NCBI GenBank assembly: GCA_963666275.2
Contig: CAXXOA010000002.1
Span: 320,001-384,000 of the forward strand
Length of the DNA: 64,000 nucleotides
From: Oceanispirochaeta sp.
GTDB taxonomy: Bacteria; Spirochaetota; Spirochaetia; DSM-2461
Direction of reading: 5' to 3'
Below, one piece after another: positions 37,339 through 45,876 of the stretch (the first letter of the stretch is position 1; each line of letters opens with the position of its first letter). The notes below the pieces were generated by a model. The model was not told the DNA's origin. It worked only from the letters and a program-made list of their open reading frames with translations, and did no database searches. Both the position numbers and the translations under genes were made by a program.

Positions 37339-37489
37339 CAGGATCAAAGATCCCCTTCGTACAATCCTGAAAGGTGAGTTTTTATCTGACGCCGGGCAAT
37401 GACACTACCGGCAGCGTTGTGTAGCTTGTCTACATGAGCCGTCCGGACAGGAAATTGATACGCCATCAGGATCAAAGAACCCGTTCAGG
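37339..37489 (-). ncRNA. Candidate structured ncRNA or small repeat-flanked element (6S-like rod)
   Basis: Nested pairings CCUGAA/UUCAGG, GGGUU/AACUC, CUGAUG/CGUCAG, CCGG-CGGC/GCUG-CCGG, UGUAG/CUACA; 20-bp direct repeats (18/20 identical). Confidence 0.45.
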
Positions 37490-37490
37490 T

Positions 37491-37524
37491 AAAAAAAAGA
37501 CAGGATTATTTAAAAACCCTGTCT
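37491..37524 (-). terminator. flgM terminator
   Basis: AGACAGG...CCTGTCT followed by T8. Confidence 0.75.
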
Positions 37525-37545
37525 GAAATATACTACGAATACTCT

Positions 37546-37830
37546 TTAAATTCCAAAAAGATCCATCAGCTTGTCTGCGACTGAATTGACAACCGTGTCG
37601 TTAATATAATTGGGATCCTGCAATTTCGCTTTTACTTCGGCAATTCTATCTTCACGAACATCGGGAGCAGTCTTAACAGTTTCCATGGCCTGAAAAAGTT
37701 CTGCGCTTTTTCTAGCTTCCAGTGAAACATCTACAGAGTCAGCTTTTTCTTTGTTTTCAACCCGCGCCGTTTTCTCAGTTTTATTGTACCGGGATAACGG
37801 ATCAATCGGACCAATTCTATCTATCGTCAT
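37546..37830 (-). CDS. flgM: Anti-sigma28 factor FlgM
   Basis: DSVDVSLEA, PDVREDRIAEVKAKL..Y, VADKL; sigma28 promoter upstream. Confidence 0.9.
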   Translation of the reverse strand: MTIDRIGPIDPLSRYNKTEKTARVENKEKADSVDVSLEARKSAELFQAMETVKTAPDVREDRIAEVKAKLQDPNYINDTVVNSVADKLMDLFGI

Positions 37831-37857
37831 GTCAGCTCCTTTGCTCTCCTATATTTA

Positions 37858-37884
37858 ATATCGACACGCCTGCTATAATATTAA
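37858..37884 (-). promoter_or_regulatory. sigma28 promoter of flgM
   Basis: Minus strand TTAA-N15-GTCGATAT. Confidence 0.7.
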
Positions 37885-38561
37885 CCTTTTTTCTCTCCGG
37901 AAACAAGTAAAGCAAACTCCCCTTTTACATGATTTTGCGTTTCCAGATGATTAATTAACATATCGGCAGTTCCCTCGGGATATTCTTCAAATTTTTTTGT
38001 CATTTCTCTTCCGAGGAGACAAATTCTTTCAGAATCCAGTTCTGCGAGCTCCTGAAGAAGTTTGATGATCCTGTAGGGAGACTCGTAAACCATAAAAGTC
38101 TCCTCAGATTCGAGGAGCTGTGACAGCCTTTTTTTTCTTTTTCCCGATTTCTGGGGAAGGAAGCCCTCAAAATGGAAGGATTTACCCGGGAATCCGGAAA
38201 CGCTGACCAGAGCTGTAAAAGCCGAGACACCCGGTACGGGCAGGACTGTATACCCCGCATCCCGGACTGTCCTTATAAGGATCTTCCCGGGATCGCTCAT
38301 AACCGGTGTTCCCGCATCTGAAACATAGGCCACATCATTGCCTTCCTCCAGAAGCTTGAGGATACCCGGGGCACTCTGCTTTTCATTCCGTGCCCGGCAG
38401 CTTATGAGATGCTTTTTTATTCCATAATGGTTTAAAACCTTGGCGGACTCTCTTGTATCCTCGCAGGCAATGACATCCACTGCCTTGAGAATCTCCACGG
38501 CCCGGTAGGTCATATCCTGTAAATTTCCGATAGGCGTTGCCACCATATATAATGTTGCCAT
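37881..38561 (-). CDS. rsmI: 16S rRNA C1402 2'-O-methyltransferase
   Basis: LYMVATPIGNLQD, ACEDTR, VSDAGTPVMSDPG, YESPYR, REMTKKFE. Confidence 0.96.
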   Translation of the reverse strand: MATLYMVATPIGNLQDMTYRAVEILKAVDVIACEDTRESAKVLNHYGIKKHLISCRARNEKQSAPGILKLLEEGNDVAYVSDAGTPVMSDPGKILIRTVRDAGYTVLPVPGVSAFTALVSVSGFPGKSFHFEGFLPQKSGKRKKRLSQLLESEETFMVYESPYRIIKLLQELAELDSERICLLGREMTKKFEEYPEGTADMLINHLETQNHVKGEFALLVSGEKKG

Positions 38562-38619
38562 AGAATAGATGGTATTATGAATCGGGCTTCTTGGCTAGCT
38601 CAGTTCTGGGAGGAAGGAT

Positions 38620-39036
38620 CTGTTCGCTGAAATTTCAATTATTATCCTGCTGACGGGAGTTCTGGTTTTTCTGATTTTCTCAACAATCCGTAAAAAGGAC
38701 AGGGAATATTATGAACCTGAGTTTGACAGCCTTCTTCCCGAGGGGGAACAGACAACGGAATGTCCCCTCTGCGGGCGGGGCCTGAGACGGGGAGAACGGG
38801 TTCATTCGGTGATCTATTCCCAGGGAGAGGACAGGCTTATGAATATTTTCGGCTGCCCCTGGTGCTATCCGGCCCACCCTGCCGGATACCATCCTCCCGG
38901 AAGAGACCGGTCCTGTCCCTCCTGCAAAACGCCCCTTAAAGACGGCAGCTTTGCTGTTGCCAGGGTATTCGAAAGGCCGGGGAAAAAGATCCATGTTCAT
39001 GTCCTGGGCTGTCCCGTCTGCCGAAACAGCCGCTGA
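38620..39036 (+). CDS. Membrane-anchored protein with four CxxC motifs (double zinc ribbon); probable CTG start
   Basis: Frame open from the TAG at 38596; TM segment, then CPLC, CPWC, CPSC, CPVC; SD GGAGG before CTG 38620. Confidence 0.7.
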   Translation: MFAEISIIILLTGVLVFLIFSTIRKKDREYYEPEFDSLLPEGEQTTECPLCGRGLRRGERVHSVIYSQGEDRLMNIFGCPWCYPAHPAGYHPPGRDRSCPSCKTPLKDGSFAVARVFERPGKKIHVHVLGCPVCRNSR

Positions 39037-39037
39037 G

Positions 39038-39349
39038 ATGGAGAATCCCGAAAGCTTTACAGACAGGGTAAGGGCTGTGATAAAACAGGTACCCTACGGC
39101 AGGGTTGTCAGCTACGGCAGGGTTGCCGTCCTCTCAGGCTCACCCCGCAGTGCACGGCAGGTGGCCTGGATCCTGTCCCGGGACAGTGAAAAATTCGATC
39201 TGCCCTGGCACCGTGTGATTAATGCTTCAGGCAGAATATCCCTTCCCGGCAGATCCGGAGATCTCCAGAAGGCTCTTCTGGAGGCGGAAGGGATCGTATT
39301 CTCTCCTTCCGGGACAGTCTCGCTGAAAAAATTCGGCTGGTCAGCCTGA
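39038..39349 (+). CDS. Alkyltransferase-like protein (Atl/YbaZ, MGMT family)
   Basis: VPYGRVVSYG, ARQV, PWHRVIN (Trp replaces the catalytic Cys). Confidence 0.9.
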   Translation: MENPESFTDRVRAVIKQVPYGRVVSYGRVAVLSGSPRSARQVAWILSRDSEKFDLPWHRVINASGRISLPGRSGDLQKALLEAEGIVFSPSGTVSLKKFGWSA

Positions 39350-39391
39350 CCTGTTGGACAGCCCCGCAATTTCTCTGATATTCTAGGCCCT

Positions 39392-40675
39392 ATGAGTACG
39401 GTGACAATTCCGGGGATATCCCCGGACAGAAAGACAACAGGTCTGAAAGGGAGCCTCAGGATTCCCGCTTCAAAATCCCACACAATACGAGCACTGCTTA
39501 TAGGCTCTTTTGCAGATTCTCCCAGCAGGATAGACTTTCCCCTTTATTCGGAAGATACCAGGTCCTGCCTGAAGGCCTGCCGCACACTGGGTGCGGAGAT
39601 TGAGGAAACAGACCGGGGCTGGAATATCATCAAACCTGTCTCCCGGGAAACAGCTCAGTCCGAAGCCTTTATCGATACAGGCAATTCAGGAACAACCCTC
39701 TACCTCATAACAGCCATGGCGGCGCTGCTGGACAGAACCGTCCGGTTTGACGGGGATGATCAGATCCGCAGCCGCTCTGCGGCAAACCTGCTCAATGCCC
39801 TGAAAGATCTGGGAGCCGGAGTGACTGCTTCGGAGAATGGTTGTGCCCCCTACACGATTCAGGGGCCTATGACCGGTGGAGAGACTTCTGTGGAATGCCC
39901 GACAAGCCAGTATCTCTCAGCCCTGCTTCTGTCTCTGCCTCTTCTGAAGGAGGGACAGTCCAGCCTGGTGAAGGTCCCCCTCCTGATGGAAAAACCCTAT
40001 GTGGAAATGACCCTCCGCTGGATGGAGGAACAGGGGATAAACCTAGAAAACCGTAATTTCAGTGAGTTTCTCATTCCCGGAGGGCAAAGGTACAAAGGAT
40101 TCACAAGAGCTATCCCTTCGGACTTCTCCTCAGCCACATTCTTTCTCTGCGCCGCCGCCATCACAGGCTCCTCACTGACTTTTGAAGGGCTTGATATGAC
40201 AGACAGCCAGGGAGACAAGGCTGTGATTCCCATGCTGGAAGAGATGGGATGTTCCTATCGAGTGGACGGCGAAACCCTCCACTTTTCAGGAGCGCCGCTC
40301 AAAGGAACAGTCCTTGATCTGAACGATACCCCCGATGCCCTTCCCGCCCTGGCGGCAGCAGCCTGCTTTGCCTCGGGCGAAACCCATATAACCAATGTCC
40401 CCCAGGCCAGGATGAAAGAGACCGACCGGATTGCCGTTATGACAGAAGAACTCAGAAAAATGGGGGCGGATATAACAGAGCTGCCAGACGGCATGATCAT
40501 CCGACCATCGAAACTGAAAGGAGCCTCTGTAAAAGGACACGGAGATCACAGGGTGGTAATGGCCTTGAGCATTGCGGCCCTCATGGCGGAAGGAGAGACG
40601 ACAATTGATACGGCAGAAGCCGTGGATATTACCTTCCCCGGCTTTTTTCCCCTGCTGGAATCCCTGAGAGAATAG
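39392..40675 (+). CDS. aroA: EPSP synthase
   Basis: PASKSHTIRA, GNSGTT, SQYLSALL, RMKETDRI, DHRVVMA, TFPGF. Confidence 0.97.
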   Translation: MSTVTIPGISPDRKTTGLKGSLRIPASKSHTIRALLIGSFADSPSRIDFPLYSEDTRSCLKACRTLGAEIEETDRGWNIIKPVSRETAQSEAFIDTGNSGTTLYLITAMAALLDRTVRFDGDDQIRSRSAANLLNALKDLGAGVTASENGCAPYTIQGPMTGGETSVECPTSQYLSALLLSLPLLKEGQSSLVKVPLLMEKPYVEMTLRWMEEQGINLENRNFSEFLIPGGQRYKGFTRAIPSDFSSATFFLCAAAITGSSLTFEGLDMTDSQGDKAVIPMLEEMGCSYRVDGETLHFSGAPLKGTVLDLNDTPDALPALAAAACFASGETHITNVPQARMKETDRIAVMTEELRKMGADITELPDGMIIRPSKLKGASVKGHGDHRVVMALSIAALMAEGETTIDTAEAVDITFPGFFPLLESLRE

Positions 40676-40678
40676 CCC

Positions 40679-41974
40679 CTACCTCAGCTCCATATGGTTG
40701 AGATAGTCTGCTCTTGTAATGATCCCCAGCAGAGAGGACCCATTGGTGACAGGGATATGTCCTACATTGTATTTAAGAAAAAACCTTTCCAGGTCTTTGA
40801 CACCGTCATCCTTGCTGCAGGAGTGAACTTTTCTTGTCATATAGGATTTAACAGGAGCATTCATCTGATCGGAACGGCGGGCCTTACTAATATCCCGTAG
40901 AGTCAGAAACCCGCAGACTTCATCCTTTTCCGTGAGAACCGGAGCTCCCGTATGACCGACTTTCTCCAGAAAGAGGGACGCCTCCAGAACAGTCCAGTGA
41001 TCCCGGACACTCAGCACATCGGCTGTCATCAGATCTTCGGCTTTGATGGCAGGGCGGAGGGATTCTTTCAGACTTGATATAAACTTTTCATAGATATCCT
41101 CTCCCCACTGGCCTTTCAGCTGAGCCGAAGCCGCCCGAGTGTGCCCGCCTCCCCCGAAAGGAGAGAGAATTTCGCTGACATTAATGGATTCTTTCTGACT
41201 CCTGGCGATGATAAGGGTTTTTCTGGCTTTCTGAAGCCCGAAAAGGATAAAAATGGCATCGGCGTTTTCCACTTCAAAAACTTTTTCCACAATCGGAGCC
41301 AGACCACTGACCTGCTCTTTCATTTCAAAATAGCTGAGAATGATCGAATGACCGTGAATCTTCTTGTATACCAGCCTGTTGACCACCTGATGGAACAGGG
41401 AAATCTGATACTCCTGCTTCAGAGGTTTCAGGAACTGGCTCACAAGCTTCATATTGGCCCCCTGGGAGATCAGCCAGGAAGAGGCTTCAAAATCCTCTTT
41501 CACGACATTTTCATGAGTGAAATTCCCTGTATCCGCAAAGATACCTGTCAGACCGATGGTGGCATCCACAGGATCGATCTGCCCCCCCCTCTCTTTTATG
41601 GTCAGCGCCACAAGAGTGGTATTCGACCCGTAGGAGGCGGAGACAAGATTCGCTCCGGGGATATCGGATGTATCATTGATATGATGATCGTAAATTGTAA
41701 AAGCCCCGCTGTACTGGGGAAAAAAATCCAGATACTCCCTTATCCTGGCCCGTGACCTTGTATCAAAGATGATGAACTCGCTGACATCCTGATCCTTCAG
41801 ATCCCGTGAAGAGGTAAAATTCAGGTGATTTTTATAGAGATTGTACAAAGACTGGGCTACAGGATGCACAAGACGGCTTTTGACGATCAGAGCATCCGGA
41901 TAAAGATACTTACCAAGGGCGAGGGACCCGAAACAGTCCAGGTCCATATTTGTATGACCAATAAGCACTTTCAT
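40679..41974 (-). CDS. DHH/DHHA1 phosphoesterase with a C-terminal CBS pair
   Basis: HTNMDLDC, IFDT, YDHH, ADTGNF, GGGGHTRAAS; two CBS domains. Confidence 0.9.
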   Translation of the reverse strand: MKVLIGHTNMDLDCFGSLALGKYLYPDALIVKSRLVHPVAQSLYNLYKNHLNFTSSRDLKDQDVSEFIIFDTRSRARIREYLDFFPQYSGAFTIYDHHINDTSDIPGANLVSASYGSNTTLVALTIKERGGQIDPVDATIGLTGIFADTGNFTHENVVKEDFEASSWLISQGANMKLVSQFLKPLKQEYQISLFHQVVNRLVYKKIHGHSIILSYFEMKEQVSGLAPIVEKVFEVENADAIFILFGLQKARKTLIIARSQKESINVSEILSPFGGGGHTRAASAQLKGQWGEDIYEKFISSLKESLRPAIKAEDLMTADVLSVRDHWTVLEASLFLEKVGHTGAPVLTEKDEVCGFLTLRDISKARRSDQMNAPVKSYMTRKVHSCSKDDGVKDLERFFLKYNVGHIPVTNGSSLLGIITRADYLNHMELR

Positions 41975-42061
41975 AGAAGCAACTTCAACATTTTAATAAT
42001 TCCAATTTTCATCTTTTAGAGATCGGTATCTAAATTATTAACGCAACATAACCAATTAATC

Positions 42062-42097
42062 AAAAAAAAACTGCTCCCCCGGGGAGGAACAGTTTTT
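42062..42097 (-). terminator. htpG terminator
   Basis: AAAAACTGTTCCTCCCC/GGGGGAGCAGTTTTT hairpin with T-tract. Confidence 0.7.
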
Positions 42098-42116
42098 CTG
42101 AGAATCGACAGACCCC

Positions 42117-43991
42117 TTACAGAGCCTTCTCCATAATACGATTCAGCCGCAGAGCAAAATCATGGGGATTTTTCAGGGAAGCCCCCTCAACCAGGATAGC
42201 CTGGTCCAGAAGAAGCCAGCTGATATCGTCTATGAGGTCCTTATCAGAACTCTCTTTCAGACGTCCCACAATGGCATGATCGGGATTCACTTCCAGAATC
42301 GGCTTGATTTCAGGAAGATCCGTCTGCCCCATAGCCTTGAGCATCTGCTGCATCTGAGCTGTAGGATCACTTTCGTCAGCCACAATACAGCTGGGGGATT
42401 CATGAAGTCTGCTGGATGCCACAACGTCTTTGACTGAGTCGCCCAGAGCCTCTTTGATCTTTTTCAGAAGAGGTTCAACAGATTTTTCCTTCTCCTTATC
42501 CTCTTCGGTCTTCAGATCCTCACTGCTGCCGCTTTTGTTGACAGCTTTCATCTCTTTCTCTTTGTAGGTTCCCATCATGGGCGCGACGATCTCATCAATC
42601 TCATCATCCATGATCAGAACTTCTATGCCTTTTTTCTTATAGGCTTCCAGAAGAGGTGAATTTCTCAGGGTCGTTTCATTGTCACCGGTGATGTAATAGA
42701 TCCCTTTCTGGTCATCCACCATACGGTCTACATATTCGCTCAGGCTGGTCCAGCCTTCTACACTAGTCGATTTAAACCGGACAAGCTCCATCAGCTCGTC
42801 TTTATTGGCATAGTCGGAGTAGACACCCTCTTTCAGAGGTCTGTTGTACTGTTCGATAAATTCCTTATACTCCTCCTCTTTCTGAGAAAGGGTCTTCAGT
42901 TCACTCAGGATCTTCTTCACAGAAGCATTTTTGATATTTGTCAGAACCTTGTTCTTCTGCAGAATTTCACGGCTCACATTCAGGGGAAGGTCTTCAGAAT
43001 CGATAACACCCCGGATAAACCTGAGATAGGTGGGGAGAAGCTCTTTATCGTCATCAGTGATAAAAACTCTTCTCACATAAAGTTTCACACCCGGTTTATA
43101 GTCAGCCTGATACATATCAAAGGGTGCTTTTTTAGGAATAAAGAAGAGAGTATTGTATTCGAGGGTTCCTTCCGCTCTTGTATGGATCTTGAGAAGAGGA
43201 TCTTCCATGTCATTGGATATGGACTTGTAGAATTCGCTGTACTCTTCGTCTTTCACTTCCCGGGGGGACCGTTTCCATAGGGCCGATGCAGCATTGATCT
43301 GCTCAATTTTGTCTTCTTTGATCTCTTTCCTGTCATCGCCCTCTCCCTCGTAGCGGGAGGAGGTATAGTGGAGGTGAATGGGGAAGGCAATGTGATTGGA
43401 GTATTTCTTTATTATCTGTTCCAGATCCCATTTATTGGCATACTCTTTTCCCGCATCATTCAGGTGGAGAACCACAGTGGTACCGCAACCTTCTGACCTT
43501 TCCGCTTCGTCCAGAGAGTAGCTTTCACGACCGTCGCTGCTCCATTTCCAGGCCTGATCTTCTCCGGCTTTTCTTGTGATGACATCCACATGATCGGCCA
43601 CCATGAAAATGGAATAGAAACCGACACCGAACTGACCGATAAGATTGGAATCTTTCTGGGCATCTCCGGAAAGCTTGCTCATAAAGTTCTTGGTTCCTGA
43701 GCGGGCAATTGTTCCCAGAGAATCATTAAGATCGGCATCATTCATACCGATTCCGTTGTCTTTAATGACAATCGTCTCTTTTTTATCACCCTCCAGGACA
43801 ATATCAATCCGGGGGCTCCATTCCATATCCTTGAATTTTTCATCTGTCAGGGTTAGATACTTCAACTTATCCAGAGCATCCGATGAGTTGGATATGAGCT
43901 CTCTCAGAAAGATTTCGCTATGGGAATATAAGGAGTGAATCAAAAGATCCAGGAGTTGATTCACTTCGGTTTTGAACTTTTTTTTAGACAC
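42117..43991 (-). CDS. htpG: Chaperone HtpG (Hsp90), GTG start
   Basis: YSHSEIFLRELISNSSDA, DNGIGM, IGQFGVGFYS, DLPLNVSRE. Confidence 0.98.
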   Translation of the reverse strand: MSKKKFKTEVNQLLDLLIHSLYSHSEIFLRELISNSSDALDKLKYLTLTDEKFKDMEWSPRIDIVLEGDKKETIVIKDNGIGMNDADLNDSLGTIARSGTKNFMSKLSGDAQKDSNLIGQFGVGFYSIFMVADHVDVITRKAGEDQAWKWSSDGRESYSLDEAERSEGCGTTVVLHLNDAGKEYANKWDLEQIIKKYSNHIAFPIHLHYTSSRYEGEGDDRKEIKEDKIEQINAASALWKRSPREVKDEEYSEFYKSISNDMEDPLLKIHTRAEGTLEYNTLFFIPKKAPFDMYQADYKPGVKLYVRRVFITDDDKELLPTYLRFIRGVIDSEDLPLNVSREILQKNKVLTNIKNASVKKILSELKTLSQKEEEYKEFIEQYNRPLKEGVYSDYANKDELMELVRFKSTSVEGWTSLSEYVDRMVDDQKGIYYITGDNETTLRNSPLLEAYKKKGIEVLIMDDEIDEIVAPMMGTYKEKEMKAVNKSGSSEDLKTEEDKEKEKSVEPLLKKIKEALGDSVKDVVASSRLHESPSCIVADESDPTAQMQQMLKAMGQTDLPEIKPILEVNPDHAIVGRLKESSDKDLIDDISWLLLDQAILVEGASLKNPHDFALRLNRIMEKAL

Positions 43992-44222
43992 CTGAGAATC
44001 TCCTTGTTAACAGTGGAATTTTGTGACTATAAAATAATAAGAATCATAAAAAGGGACAACGAAAAAATTCGATTTTTAACTTTCATGTAAAAAAGCCCGA
44101 TTATTCCTCTAAATACAGGAAATACTGACAGTTATGGTTTATGATTAATGAGGAATCACTTTCATTCCTGCTGGGGAAGAAATCCTGCCCGTAAGGGATA
44201 ATCAGTTTACAGGGGCAATTGA

Positions 44223-45740
44223 TTATTCCGCTAACGTGATCGCTTTCCAGACTTTATTGTCGAAAAAGGCATCCACTTCCAAGGGCGGAAGATCTTCCCC
44301 TCTCATTTTCATGATAATTGATTTAGCCTTCTCAAAATCCAGAGCACTCCGGTAGGGACGGTCTGTTGTGAGAGCATCCCAGACATCACAGACCGACAGG
44401 ATTCTGGCAATCCGGGGAATACTGTCTTTTTCAAGTCCCTCGGGATATCCCTTACCGTTGAATTTCTCATGATGGTAGTACGCAGCCAGGATCACCTGAT
44501 CAAGATTGAGAAGACCGTCGAGGATTTCAATCCCCTGAACAGGGTGTTTTTTCATGACCCTGTACTCATCATCATTCAGAGGCCCATCCTTGTGAAGGAC
44601 ATCCTCGGGTACACCTATCTTTCCTATATCGTGAAGCTCTCCAGCCAGAAAGACAATTTCCTGCTCTTTTTTCTTCATTCCCAGCGCGGCAGCCAGGGCT
44701 TTCCCGTAAACTGCCACATGGACAGAGTGCTCCCTTGTGTAGGAGTCCCGTTCATCAAGAGCTCTGGCAAGAGTTTTCAGCACACCGGAAAATTCAAGAT
44801 TGTATTTTCTGATAACCCAGCTGATAAAGAGATTCATAAATGACATGGCGGCAAAGAATATCAGGGAGATATAGAGAGACTGCCTGTGAACCTGCCTTAC
44901 CGGCTCCGAATTGTCCACAAAAAAGAGGGCGCTCCCGGACTCCTCCATAAGGATTTCATCCTGTCTGATTTCTGAGATTCTCTCTTCTCTGTTTATATAG
45001 GTTGTATCTTCCATCTGAAAATAGAGAAGATCCTCATGTTCCTGAATAAATAGTCTGATTTTCTCCGGCCCGGGAGATGTGGCGGCCAGAACCTGGGCCT
45101 GAATGAAATCCGGAGAAACGGGAACTGTCTGCAGAATGCCCAGTCCGGAAATCATTATGTAGAGGAAAAGAAAGCTAATCATGGTACCATAGGAAATGAT
45201 TGTCTCAATTTTTTCCCAGATCTGAACCCTCTCCTTTCCCGTGAGCCTTTTGACAATACTCTGAGTCATCAGGCGGTCACCCCGATCCGTCGAAGCCCCT
45301 GTAAAAACGGCAATGAGAGCGGAAAGATGATCCGAAAGGAAGACCCTCAGGATCCTCATCATCCTTCCCAGCCGGGACACCAGGCGGATAAGGCGCATCA
45401 GCCTCATGGGAATGAGGGGAAACAGGGTATCCATATGAAGAAACAGGCCGTTTACAAACCAGTTCATATCCAGAAGCATTGTCAGATTGGCTGCAAGGAA
45501 AACCCAGAAGGTGAGCCTTTTATACCAGTCCCGATAGGCGATGGCGGTCAGAATCAGCTCCGACATGAGGAACAGAAAAGCCAGGGACATAAGAATTTCA
45601 AGTACCGGATCCGATGCAGGACTCAACCAGCCCTTGATGATATCTGTGAGGAAAACTGAGACAAGGACAAAAATGATAAGGATAGAACGGTATAGAGAAG
45701 AATCGAGAATTTTACGGCAAAAAAGAGAGACTCTCTTCAT
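44223..45740 (-). CDS. HD-GYP phosphodiesterase with an N-terminal voltage-sensor-like six-TM module
   Basis: S4-like RLMRLIRLVSRLGRMMRILR; HD-GYP motifs YTREHS, LHDIGK, HHEKFNGKGYP, DVWDALTTDRPYR. Confidence 0.85.
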   Translation of the reverse strand: MKRVSLFCRKILDSSLYRSILIIFVLVSVFLTDIIKGWLSPASDPVLEILMSLAFLFLMSELILTAIAYRDWYKRLTFWVFLAANLTMLLDMNWFVNGLFLHMDTLFPLIPMRLMRLIRLVSRLGRMMRILRVFLSDHLSALIAVFTGASTDRGDRLMTQSIVKRLTGKERVQIWEKIETIISYGTMISFLFLYIMISGLGILQTVPVSPDFIQAQVLAATSPGPEKIRLFIQEHEDLLYFQMEDTTYINREERISEIRQDEILMEESGSALFFVDNSEPVRQVHRQSLYISLIFFAAMSFMNLFISWVIRKYNLEFSGVLKTLARALDERDSYTREHSVHVAVYGKALAAALGMKKKEQEIVFLAGELHDIGKIGVPEDVLHKDGPLNDDEYRVMKKHPVQGIEILDGLLNLDQVILAAYYHHEKFNGKGYPEGLEKDSIPRIARILSVCDVWDALTTDRPYRSALDFEKAKSIIMKMRGEDLPPLEVDAFFDNKVWKAITLAE

Positions 45741-45876
45741 GATTTATAATTCTTGCTTCCCGCCAAATAGCTGTCAAGTGAAAATAAATCTTGAAATAAA
45801 CAGATAATTAAGAAATAATCTTTTCTATGGATGACTCAGACCCTTTTTTATACCTTTTATCTCGGAAAAATAGCAG

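Noticed and set aside
37339..37486. Mini-CRISPR reading of the direct repeats
   Set aside because: Only two 20-bp copies, a 108-bp structured spacer, and no cas genes
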